From assembly GCA_963738615.1 (NCBI GenBank), contig CAVTXI010000019.1:154771-218770 (forward strand): a stretch of DNA of 64,000 nt, read 5' to 3'. The DNA comes from an uncultured beta proteobacterium (lineage in GTDB: Bacteria; Pseudomonadota; Gammaproteobacteria; Burkholderiales; Burkholderiaceae_C). Made by a program: the position numbers and the translations under genes. The notes below the pieces were generated by a model. That model had not been told where the DNA came from. It made no database searches and saw only the letters and a program-made list of their open reading frames with translations. Of this stretch, positions 18,784 to 28,400 are shown one piece after another (the first letter of the stretch is position 1; every line of letters starts with the position of its first letter).

Positions 18784-20077
18784 CTACTTCTGCGCCTGCT
18801 TCACCGCATCCGCCATGTCGGCGTTGATCTTCGCCAGCGCGTCGTCCACGCTGATCTCGCCGACGATCGCCTGCGTGACGCGTGCCACGGTGGGCAACAT
18901 GATCGCGCGGTTGAAGCGGTAGCCCTGGAACTGATAGGCCACCGGCGACAGCGCCTCGACGCCCTTGCCGAACGTCGACAACGCCGCCTTCGCCGCGGGC
19001 TGCGCAGTCTTGTAGTCGACGCCCTTCTTCGCCAGCCCCGCGTGCGCCGGGATGTTGTTGGTGCGTGCGGTGAACTCGGCCACGTTCGCTTCGCTCGCCA
19101 TGAACTCGAGGAACGCCGCGGTTTCTTGCGGCGACTTCGCTGGTCTTCAGCGCCACCCACGCCGCGCCGCCGGGAATGCCGGTGCACGCCGCCGGCCCGC
19201 AGGGGTTGGGCACCGCGACCCAGTCGAAGTTGTTGCCGACGTCCTTCTGCAGCCGGTTGATCTGCCACGAGCCCGACAGCACCATCACGACGCGGCCGTT
19301 GGTGAACTCGCCGATCGAGTCGGCGTAGGTGCAGCCGCCCGAGCCGGCCCACACCTCCTTCAACATCGTGCCGTCCTTGTGCCAGCCGACGAACTTGTTC
19401 ACCGCGGCCTTGTAGCCGTCGTCGAGCGCGAGGTTGCCGCTGCCGTCGAAGATCTTCGCGCCGTAGCTGATGGCCGGGCCGGCGAAGCGGTGGCCCGAAC
19501 GGTCCCACGCCATCGCGGCCTTCGTCTGCGTGGCCTGCGCGACCTTCTTCGTGGCGTCGGCCCACTGGTCCCACGTCGCCTTCGCGTCGGGCATCGGCAC
19601 CTTGGCCTGGTCGAAGAGCGTCTTGTTGACGTACGGGCCGGTCATCGTCAGCTGCGACATGAAGCCGTAGATGCCTTTGTCGGCCGCGCCGGGCCGCAGC
19701 CACGGCAGCGTGGCGCCGAAGTTGGTTTCGAAATACGCGGCGTCCTTCAGGTGCGGTCGCACGTCGAGGTAGTGCTTGGACAGGCCGCCCAGGTCGGTCA
19801 CGCGCGCGATGTCGGGGCCCTGGCCCGCGCCGAGTTGCACCGGCAACTGCTCGACGATGGTTTTGTAGGGCACGACGTCGAGCACGATCTTGATGTTCGG
19901 GTTCGCGGCTTCGAACTTCTTCGCGATCTCGGCGGTGACGTCGCACTCGACGCCGTCTTGGTAGCACATCACGCGGACTTCGCCTGCGACGGCGGGTGCG
20001 GATGACAGCGCGGCGAAGGCCAATGCAGCCAGTGCCGCGGGGGTGCGAAGAAACGAAACAGAAAGCGAAGCGGACAT
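18784..20077 (-). CDS. extracellular solute-binding protein of the sugar ABC transporter (apparent frameshift near 19140)
   Basis: Start MSASLSVSFL with signal peptide and a GAGGAA RBS; the body lies in the 821-aa artefactual ORF and the C terminus in the 18784..19101 frame (MASEANVAEF..AKINADMADAVKQAQK); a single G indel joins them. Confidence 0.75.
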
Positions 20078-20185
20078 GGTGCGGTTCCTCATCGACAGGC
20101 ATGAGGCCCGTGGGGCGGGCGAATGGCGGGACTTTAGGCGAAGGCCTTTCGCTGCAACGCCGGGGCGGCTCGCGACAATGCCCGG

Positions 20186-21222
20186 ATGAACCCCAACCCG
20201 GCGACGCAGCCCACGGCGATTCCGGTGGCCGGCACCAACGCCGCCTTGCGCGCGTTGGTCGATGAAGTCCACGGCCCGATGGCTGCGCCGCCATCGCACG
20301 TGACGACAAGCATGCTGCACCGCGCCGTCGTCGCGCGCTGGGGCGACGCGACGCTCGAGACATGGCGCGTGGCGTGGGGCGAACGTCTCGGTGAAGGCTT
20401 CTCGATGATGCTGATGCGCCCCGCGGTCGCGGCGCCGTGCCCGGTGCTCGTCACCGGCGACGCATGCTGGGCCTACTGGATCGTCGATGACGTGATCGCG
20501 GCCGCGGCGCGCGCAGGCGTGGCGCTGGCGTGGTTCAACCGCACCGAGGTGCACGCCGACCCACCGCCCGAAGACCGCGCGGCGATCGACGCGCTGGTGG
20601 CGCAGCCGCCGCACGGCATGGCGGCGCTGGCGGCGTGGGCCTGGGCGCTGCACCGGGCGGTCGACGCGCTGGTCACCCTGCAAGGCATCGATCCCGCGCG
20701 CATCGGCGTTGCCGGCCACTCGCGCGGCGGCAAGGCCGCGCTGCTGGCCGCGGCGCTCGATGCGCGCATCGCACTCGTCGCAGCCAACAACGCGGGACGC
20801 TCGGCGCGGCGGCGTCGTTCGTCGGCGGCGAAGGCAGCGAGACCGTGGCTGATCTGGTGCGGCGCTTTCCGCATTGGGTCGGGCCACGGCTGCGCTTTGC
20901 CGTGACACGCGACGTGAAGGCCGTGCCGGGCATCGACCAGCAGTGCTGCTCGACGTCGATCGCGCCACGCGCGACTGCTGGTCACGCAGGCGACCGACGA
21001 CCGTGGGCAAACCCGGAAGGCACGCGACATGCGGTCGAGCGGGCGCGCGAGTTGGCCGTGGCGGGCTCGCTGAGGCTCGTGGAGCGCGATGGGGGTCACG
21101 CGCAGACGACGCGGGACTGGCTCGCGGTGATCGACGCGCTGAGCGAAGCATTCGTGCCCGCGGCGTGTGCGTCGAAACTCGGCGAAGAAACCGATATCCG
21201 AGAGGAAGGGAAGGAACGATGA
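20186..21222 (+). CDS. alpha/beta hydrolase resembling CE15 glucuronoyl esterase (two or more apparent frameshifts)
   Basis: The GHSRGGKAALLAAALDARIALVAANNAG nucleophile region resembles the CE15 GCSRNGK motif; the continuation is found in the 20530..21222 frame. Confidence 0.5.
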
Positions 21223-22037
21223 GCGAAGACGGCAACCATCACGGCCGCTCGGTGGCCATCTATTGGGACTTCGAGAACCTTCACGCAGGCCTGCTCGAGG
21301 GACGTGACGGCGAAGGGGCCTACACGAAGCCGGACACGCGCTTCAAGCCCCAGGAGCCGCTCGTGGACGTCCAGGCGCTGGTCGAAATCGGCGCATCGTT
21401 CGGCCCGGTCGCGATCAACCGGGCGTACGCCAACTGGCAGTTCTTCGGCCGCTACCGCGACGCGATGCTGCGCAGCGCGGTCGAGTTGATCCAGCTCTTT
21501 CCGCCCGGCCCTTCGGCCAAGAACGGCGCCGACATCAAACTGTGCCTCGATGCCGTGGAGGACCTTGCGCGTTTCGGCCACATCGGCACCGTGATCATCG
21601 TCGGTGGTGACAGCGACTTCATGCCCGTGGCGCAGAAGATCAAGGCGGCAGGTCGCACGTTGATCGGCATCGGCAACCGCAAGAACACGAATCGGCACTG
21701 GGCGAAGAGCTGTCACGAGTTCCGCTATTACGACAGCCTGGTCGAGCCCAAGGCGTCTGATGCTGCGGCGCCTGCGCAAGCGAAAGACGATCTCGTCCCA
21801 CCCCCGCCGTCCGACCCCGCCGCCGAGGTCTTGCGCCGGGCCATGCACCTACTGTCCGAATCGAAAGGCGATCCCTGGGTCAACAAGGCGAGCATCTTTC
21901 CGATGATCAAGCGATTGGATCCGACCTTCGACCCCAAGGACCACGGCCACGAAAGCTTCGTCGACATGCTGAAAGCGCTCGACAAGATGGTCGAAGTTCG
22001 AAAAGGGCAGACCGATCACGAATTGCGGCTCCGGTAG
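21219..22037 (+). CDS. NYN-domain (LabA-like) protein with C-terminal OST-HTH/LOTUS domain
   Basis: Start MSEDGNHHGRSVAIYWDFENL with a GAGGAAGG RBS; NYN acidic motifs (DFEN, GGDSDF) and a LOTUS-like tail. Confidence 0.75.
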   Translation: MSEDGNHHGRSVAIYWDFENLHAGLLEGRDGEGAYTKPDTRFKPQEPLVDVQALVEIGASFGPVAINRAYANWQFFGRYRDAMLRSAVELIQLFPPGPSAKNGADIKLCLDAVEDLARFGHIGTVIIVGGDSDFMPVAQKIKAAGRTLIGIGNRKNTNRHWAKSCHEFRYYDSLVEPKASDAAAPAQAKDDLVPPPPSDPAAEVLRRAMHLLSESKGDPWVNKASIFPMIKRLDPTFDPKDHGHESFVDMLKALDKMVEVRKGQTDHELRLR

Positions 22038-22060
22038 CGACGCGCCAGCCCCCAAGCACC

Positions 22061-23008
22061 ATGAACAAGCCCGACCTGAAGAAGAAGGACCGCGACGAAC
22101 TCGTCCGGCGCCTGGAAGCGGATCTGATCGACGGCTACGACGAAGAGCTCGAGCTCGAGATCGAGGACCGCTACTACGAAGGTGTCGAGGACGCCGACCC
22201 GAAGATTCCGCGCGACCCGTCGGCAGCGGCCGACCGCCTGGCGCGGCAGACCTACTTCCGCGAGCTGTTCCGCCTTCAGGGCGAACTGGTGAAGCTTCAG
22301 GACTGGGTGGTCGCGACGAAAGCCAAGGTCGTCATCCTGTTCGAAGGCCGCGACGCCGCGGGCAAGGGCGGCATGATCAAGCGCATCACGCAGCGCCTGA
22401 ACCCGCGCGTGGCGCGCGTGGTGGCACTGCCGGCACCCAACGACCGCGAGCGCACGCAGTGGTACTTCCAGCGCTACGTGCCGCACCTGCCCGCGGCCGG
22501 CGAGATCGTGCTGTTCGACCGCAGCTGGTACAACCGTGCCGGCGTCGAACGCGTGATGGGCTTCTGCACCGCGGCCGAGGTCGAGGAGTTCTTCCGCTCG
22601 GTGCCCGAGTTCGAACGCATGCTGCATCGATCGGGCATCCTGATCGTCAAGTACTGGTTCTCGATCAGCGACGAAGAGCAGCACTTGCGCTTCCTCGGCC
22701 GCATTCATGATCCGCTGAAGCAGTGGAAGCTCAGCCCGATGGACCTCGAGAGCCGCAAGCGCTGGGAGGCCTACACGAAGGCGAAAGAGGCGATGCTCGA
22801 ACGCACGCACATTCCCGAGGCGCGCTGGTGGGTCGTGCCAGCGGTCGACAAGAAACGCGCGCGGCTGAACTGCATCAGCCACCTGCTGTCGTTGATGCCG
22901 TACCAGGAGATTCCGCGCAAGAAGCTGCAGCTGCCCAAGCGCGACCGGCACCCGGACTACACGCGCGGGCCGGTGGCGGACGATATGGTGGTGCCGCAGC
23001 AGTATTGA
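22061..23008 (+). CDS. ppk2: polyphosphate kinase 2 family protein
   Basis: Walker A-like GRDAAGKGG and the conserved PPK2 core (FDRSWYNR, lid region) in 315 aa. Confidence 0.85.
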   Translation: MNKPDLKKKDRDELVRRLEADLIDGYDEELELEIEDRYYEGVEDADPKIPRDPSAAADRLARQTYFRELFRLQGELVKLQDWVVATKAKVVILFEGRDAAGKGGMIKRITQRLNPRVARVVALPAPNDRERTQWYFQRYVPHLPAAGEIVLFDRSWYNRAGVERVMGFCTAAEVEEFFRSVPEFERMLHRSGILIVKYWFSISDEEQHLRFLGRIHDPLKQWKLSPMDLESRKRWEAYTKAKEAMLERTHIPEARWWVVPAVDKKRARLNCISHLLSLMPYQEIPRKKLQLPKRDRHPDYTRGPVADDMVVPQQY

Positions 23009-23064
23009 CGGATCGGGATTCGCCACGTTTGGCGAACCTCTTCGCGCCGCTCGGCGCGCGCACG

Positions 23065-23838
23065 TCAGCGCGGCGCGGCAAGGCCGGCGAGCAGTGGCGC
23101 GTAGCCCGGCGCCATGTCGATCGTGTTGTGCCCCGCGCCCGCGATCACGTGCACGAGCGTCTTGTCGCGAGGCAGCGCGGCCACGAGCGCGTCGCTGTGC
23201 CGGCGCGCAATCACCTCATCATGTTCCGCGATGACCACCGTCGTGGTCGCCTTGATCTTCGGCGCGTACGCGATCGAGTCGAACCGGTCCTCGAGCAGCC
23301 ACCGCACCGGCACCCACGCGAACTGAACAGCGGCCACCGACGCCAGGCTGTCGTACGGCGTGACGAGCACGAGCCGCGCGACCGGCCGCGACGCCGCGAG
23401 TTGCACCGCGACACCGCTGCCGAGGCTGCGGCCAATGACGGTGACGTTCGCGTGGTCGCGCAGCACGCGGTCGAAGAGCCGTCGCGCATCGTCGACGAGA
23501 GCCGCTTCCGACGCCTTGCCGCTGCTCGCGCCCCAGCCGCGGTAGTGCATCAGGTGCAGCGCGTGCGCGGGAAAGGCCTGTGCCAGCACCGGCAGGCTTC
23601 CTGCCACGTCCTCGGCGTTGCCGCCGAAGTAGAGAACCGCATCAGCGCCTGGCATCGGCCGCGTCGTCACCTGCACCGACGCGCCGTCGGCTTCGAGCAT
23701 GAAGAAGGGCGTCGACGGCGGTGCGCGGCGCGGCTGGGGGTGGTAGATCAGGGCGCGCTGGAAAACGTAGAGGGCCAGGCAGAGCAGCGCGTAGGCGAGC
23801 GCGAGGAACACGACGAAGGACATGACGCGGCGGGCCAT
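23065..23838 (-). CDS. alpha/beta hydrolase (membrane-anchored)
   Basis: Start MARRVMSFVV inside the longer ORF; N-terminal TM helix, GRSLGSG nucleophile elbow, acid and His residues. Confidence 0.7.
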   Translation of the reverse strand: MARRVMSFVVFLALAYALLCLALYVFQRALIYHPQPRRAPPSTPFFMLEADGASVQVTTRPMPGADAVLYFGGNAEDVAGSLPVLAQAFPAHALHLMHYRGWGASSGKASEAALVDDARRLFDRVLRDHANVTVIGRSLGSGVAVQLAASRPVARLVLVTPYDSLASVAAVQFAWVPVRWLLEDRFDSIAYAPKIKATTTVVIAEHDEVIARRHSDALVAALPRDKTLVHVIAGAGHNTIDMAPGYAPLLAGLAAPR

Positions 23839-23852
23839 CGCAACCCAAGCGC

Positions 23853-24552
23853 TCAGCGCTCGCGCAGCCGCTGCCAGAGCCGATCGAACTGATCCTGGAA
23901 CGCCGCCACCAGTCGCGGATCGTTGCTGACGACGAGGTTTTCTTCGTTGACCTCGCTTGCGCTGCGGGTCCAGTTGTAGCTGCCGTTGAGCAGCCGCGTC
24001 GCCGTCGATGATCGCGAACTTGTGGTGCATGTGGGCGCGGCTGCGATCGACGACGGTCGCGATGCCGGCGACGCGCAGGCGCGCGATGTCGCTGCCGGTG
24101 TCGTGCTCCTTCTCGTTGTCGGTCAGCAGACGCAGATTCACGCCGCGCGCGTGCGCCGCGAGGATCTCGGCGGTGATGCGGTCGTCGGAGATCGTGAACA
24201 CGCACAGGTCGACGCTGCGCCGCGCGCCGCGCAGGTGCGAGCAGATCGTCGACAGGCAGTCGTCGCCGGGGCTGAAGCAGGCGTTTTGACGAAGCTCGCC
24301 CGCAGGTGCGCGCACCGCATCAAGCGAACGGACCACGCCCTCGAGCCACTGCAGCAGATCGAGCTGACCGGCGTCGGTGGTCTTCGCACGCGCCATCGCG
24401 AAGGCACGGTTGCGCAGCTGCCTCAGGCCGTCTTCGGGCGGCGTGGCGTCGCGCACGGCGGCGACCAAGTCACGCTTCTCGTCGTCGGACAAGCGTGCGT
24501 CTTCGAGCGTGTGCGCAAGCTGCTCGAGCAGCGATGCGGGGTCGAACGTCAT
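23853..24552 (-). CDS. phospholipase D-like (HKD) domain protein, Nuc-like (one apparent frameshift)
   Basis: HKD motif HMHHKFAIIDGD; the C terminus (LLNGSYNWTRSASEVNEENLVVSNDPR..WQRLRER) lies in an adjacent frame after a one-base indel; start MTFDPAS follows the vapC stop directly. Confidence 0.65.
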
Positions 24553-24983
24553 CGCGATCCATCCGTCCAGGGATCGACGAGCGCCACGCCGCACCCACGA
24601 AAGTCAGCTGTGTTGCGAGTGGCGAGCGCGAGCCCGTGCAGCCGCGAGATCGCCGCGATCTGCGCGTCGAACTGGCCGATGGGCCGGCCCGCGCGGCGTC
24701 GTGCCGCGACGATCTCGACATACACATCGGCTGCGGCGCCATCGAACGGCAGCACGCGCCCGGCGAAGTCCTGCTCGAACATGGCGCCGATCGCGGCGTC
24801 GAGCGCGTCACGCCGCTTGCCGGTCGGCAAGAGGCGCGCGCCCAAGCGCATCTCGGCCTGCGTGATGCCGCTGACGTAGAGCGTACGAGGCGACTGCGAA
24901 CCGAACCACGCCGCGACCGACGGCTCACATCCCACGCGAATGACTTCGGAGAGAACGTTCGTGTCGACCAGCGTGGCCATCAC
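24549..24983 (-). CDS. vapC: PIN-domain toxin VapC
   Basis: 144 aa starting MMATLVDTNVL with conserved acidic residues; 4-nt overlap with the upstream antitoxin gene. Confidence 0.8.
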   Translation of the reverse strand: MMATLVDTNVLSEVIRVGCEPSVAAWFGSQSPRTLYVSGITQAEMRLGARLLPTGKRRDALDAAIGAMFEQDFAGRVLPFDGAAADVYVEIVAARRRAGRPIGQFDAQIAAISRLHGLALATRNTADFRGCGVALVDPWTDGSR

Positions 24984-25306
24984 CGGCGGCGCTTGGACGA
25001 TGTGACAGGCCCTTCGACGTTGCGCTCGGCAGGCTTGCGCTTTCGAGGCGACGCCGCGGATGCCGCGAAGACGGGGGGCGGGCGCACGGGCTCTCGCGCC
25101 TCGACCACCAGGTGCACGTCACCGAGCCCGGCGAAGCGTGCCCGGATCCTGGCGCCAAGATCCTCGACGGGCGTGGTGGGCGCTTCGAGCGCGGCGCGCA
25201 GGATCTGCCGCGCCTCTTCCTCCATCGATCGGTTGCGCGACGCCGCGCGGATGCGCAGGCGCGTCTTCAGCGGCTCGTCGAGGTTGCGGATCGTCAGCGT
25301 GGCCAT
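24980..25306 (-). CDS. vapB: FitA/VapB-like ribbon-helix-helix antitoxin
   Basis: MATLTIRNLDEPLKTRLRIRAASRNRSMEEEARQILR is a typical RHH antitoxin N terminus; overlaps vapC. Confidence 0.7.
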   Translation of the reverse strand: MATLTIRNLDEPLKTRLRIRAASRNRSMEEEARQILRAALEAPTTPVEDLGARIRARFAGLGDVHLVVEAREPVRPPPVFAASAASPRKRKPAERNVEGPVTSSKRRR

Positions 25307-25430
25307 GGTGAGTGCATTGTAGGCATCGCTAGCATTGCTTTCATTGCTGGAAGTGGGCGGCACCAAGCGCCAAGCGGCATCGTCCACGGCCACGGCAGAA
25401 CGGCAGAACGGCGCGGCCACGCCGAGGCCG

Positions 25431-28400
25431 CTACGTCCCCGCGGCATCCTTCTCGTCGGCGTCCGGCCTACCACGCGTATCGAGCGTCGAGTCGCGCAGG
25501 CCGCGCGCTTCGAGCAACCGATTCGCCTGCTCCAACTGCCTGCGGATCGAGTGATCGAGCTCGAGCCGACGTTCGGTCGCCGCAATCAGCGGCATCAGGA
25601 TCTTGCGGTAGGTGATGGCGATCTCGAGCAGCGCGTCGGCGATGCGTTCGCCTTCGCCGGTCGGCGGTGGCGGTGGTGGTGGTGGTGCGGCAGGCTCGTC
25701 CACCGGCTTCATCGCATCGAGCGCGCGCGCCACGTCGAGCACCGACGACGCGATGCGCATGCTGCCGTCGGTATCGTCACCGCCGAGCTTGTTGCGCCGG
25801 ACGAATTCGTCGCACAGCGACTGCCAGCGCGCCACCTCCTCGGCCGTCGCACTGCCCAGCAGTTGCGCGAGCGCGAGCAGGTTCTCTTCGGCGCCGCTCG
25901 TCAGCGTCTGCGCCTCGCCGCGGTAGTGGTCGCGCAGCAGCGCATCCAACTCGTCGTCGCGCATCTGCGGCGTGATCCGCGCCGCCAGCTTCGTCATGTT
26001 GCGATAGCTGCCCTGGAGCTTGAACGGCGGCTTCGTGCGGTACGCGTCCTGCTGCGCGGCCGACTCGATGTAGGCGAGGTTGACCTTCATCAGCACGTCG
26101 CGTGCTTTGAACAGCCGCTGAACCAGCGCGCGCAACTCGTCGAGCTCGGCCGCGCCGTACGGATGCGCGAACTCAGCTCCCGGCACGTCGTCGCCCTGCG
26201 CGAGGCTTACCAGGCGATGCACGTCGGCGGGTTCGCGCGAGGCCAGCGGCATCAGCACCGGGTTCGCGGTCAGCGCGTTCTCGAGGTACGACAGCGCGAA
26301 GAGAGCTTCGCGCCCCGCGAGCACGTCGCCCAGGTTGTAGACATCGGCACGGTTGGCGAGCATGTCGGGGATTTCGAACACGTCGCCCGACTCGGTGTAG
26401 GGGTTGCCGGCCATCACGATCGCGAAGCGTTTGCCGCGCAGGTCGTGTGTGTGTGGTTCACCGCGCCACACGCCTTCGATGCGGCGCGTGCCGTCGGCCA
26501 GCGCGATGAACTTCTGCAGGAACTCGGAGGACGTGTGCTGGATGTCGTCGACATACAGCATCACGTTGTTGCCCATCATCAGGCCGAGGTTGAGCTTCTC
26601 GAGCTCTTGCTTCGCGGCGCTTTGCGTTGCTGCCGCGGGGTCGATCGACACAACGTCGTGGCCGAGCGCGGGGCCGTTGATGCGCACGAAGGTCATGCCC
26701 AGTCGGTCGGCGACGTACTCCATCAACGTCGTCTTGCCATAACCCGGTGGCGAGATCAGCAGCAAGAGGCCCATGCGGTCGCTGCGCGAGCCTTCGCCTG
26801 CGGTGCCGAGTTGCTTGGCGAGGTTGTCGCCGACCAGCGGCAGGTACACCTCGTCGATCAGGCGGTTGCGCACGAAGCTCGACAACGGCTTGGCCTGGAA
26901 TTGCGCGAGGCGCAGGCGCGCTTTCTCGTCTTCGACGAGCGACAGGCGCAGCGCCTGCAGCGACTGGAACGCGGGCACGATCTGCGTGGTGTGGTGGCGT
27001 ACACGGCGCGCGAAATCGTTGAGGTTCAAGCGCAGGCGGCCGTCGACGATGCGCGAGTGTTCGCTGCGCAGGCCCGCGACGTTGACCTCGAGTTCGACGT
27101 TGTGGCGCTCGCGTTCGAGCTCGAGCGACAGCACGCTTGCGGCGTCGTCGACCCAAACACGGGCCTCGCGAGCATGAGCCTGCGTATAGGCGACGAGCCA
27201 AGAGCGCGCGAGTTGCCAGCGTTCGGCTGGCGCCGCAGCGACGAGATCGTGGCGCCACTCGCGCGATACGTCGCGCGCATTCAGCTCGCGTTCGAGCGCC
27301 GCCGCGAGGTCAGCGCCGGCAGCAGACACCACCCAGCGCACGCCGCCGCGCTCGGCCGCGAGTTGGCGCGGCAGATACGCCGCCGCACCCGCGCCGAGGC
27401 TCGCGTAGGCCGCCTCGTCGGTGGCGAGCGTCGGCGTGAAGTCACGGCCGAAGCGCAGCAGCGCGGCCGCGAGTTCGGCTTCGAGTTGGCGCCGTGCCGC
27501 GCTGTCGCCGAAAAGAGCCTGCATGCGCAGCGCCGCACGCGACTTGCGCAGCCACGCGTCGCGGGTCTCGACCAGCGTGCCGTGCTGCCAATACAGCAGC
27601 GCCAGCGCGCGTTCGCTCGGCCCGTGCGCGAGCAGGCCCGCGGCTTCGTGCATCCGAACAAGCGGCGCCGAGCAGCCGCGCCGCATCGTCGTCGTGCACG
27701 CCCTTCTGGTAGCCCTCGGCGTAACGCGGCGCGGCGAAGCGGCGTACGGCGTCGAGCATCGGCGCCAGGCCTTCGTCACCCGCCACCGCCCACGCGACGA
27801 GGTCACGCCACGGCCACTCGGTGCGGCCGTCACGCGTGTGCTCCATCACCTGCGCGGCGAGGTACTCGGCGCGGGCAAGCTCGGCGGTCTCGGACACCAG
27901 CGCCTGGTCCCACAACGCGCGGTGTGCCTCGAGGCGCGCATCGCGAACCGGCGCGAAGTAGTCGCTGCCGTTGACGTGGAAGTGCGGCTCGCCGTCCTTC
28001 ACGACCAGACTCAGATCGAGCGCCTGACGGTTGACGGTGAAGCGATGGCGCCCCAGCCGCAGGCTCGCACCGTCGTCGGCACTCAGCTCGCGCTGGTCGC
28101 GCACCGCGCGCAAGGCGTGGTCGCGCGCGGTTCTCGAGCGCGTATCGAGTTCGTCGGCAGCGACCGCGGCGCCAAGCTTGCGCAAGTCGTCGATCAGGCT
28201 GCGCAGCTTCGCGATCAGCGGGTCGGCGGCGAAGAAGCCGTGCACCTGCGCCGCATCGGCCAGCGCCGACACGCGCCGCGGCACGCCCTCGAGGATGCGC
28301 CCCGCCGCGTCGCCCACCGCTTGGGCGCGGCGCTGGCGCGCGGCGACCAGTGCCTGGCGGCGCGACGCCAGCGCTTCGTAGACAGCCTCGCGGCGCGCGG

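Noticed and set aside
18770-21235. 821-aa minus-strand ORF
   Set aside because: Only the middle part is real (the SBP); the N-terminal 400 aa are an out-of-context open frame antisense to the CE15-like gene, and the C-terminal tail is the post-frameshift continuation
25335-27974. 879-aa plus-strand ORF
   Set aside because: Antisense to the giant AAA+ gene; Arg/Ala-rich nonsense typical of high-GC opposite-strand frames; no motifs
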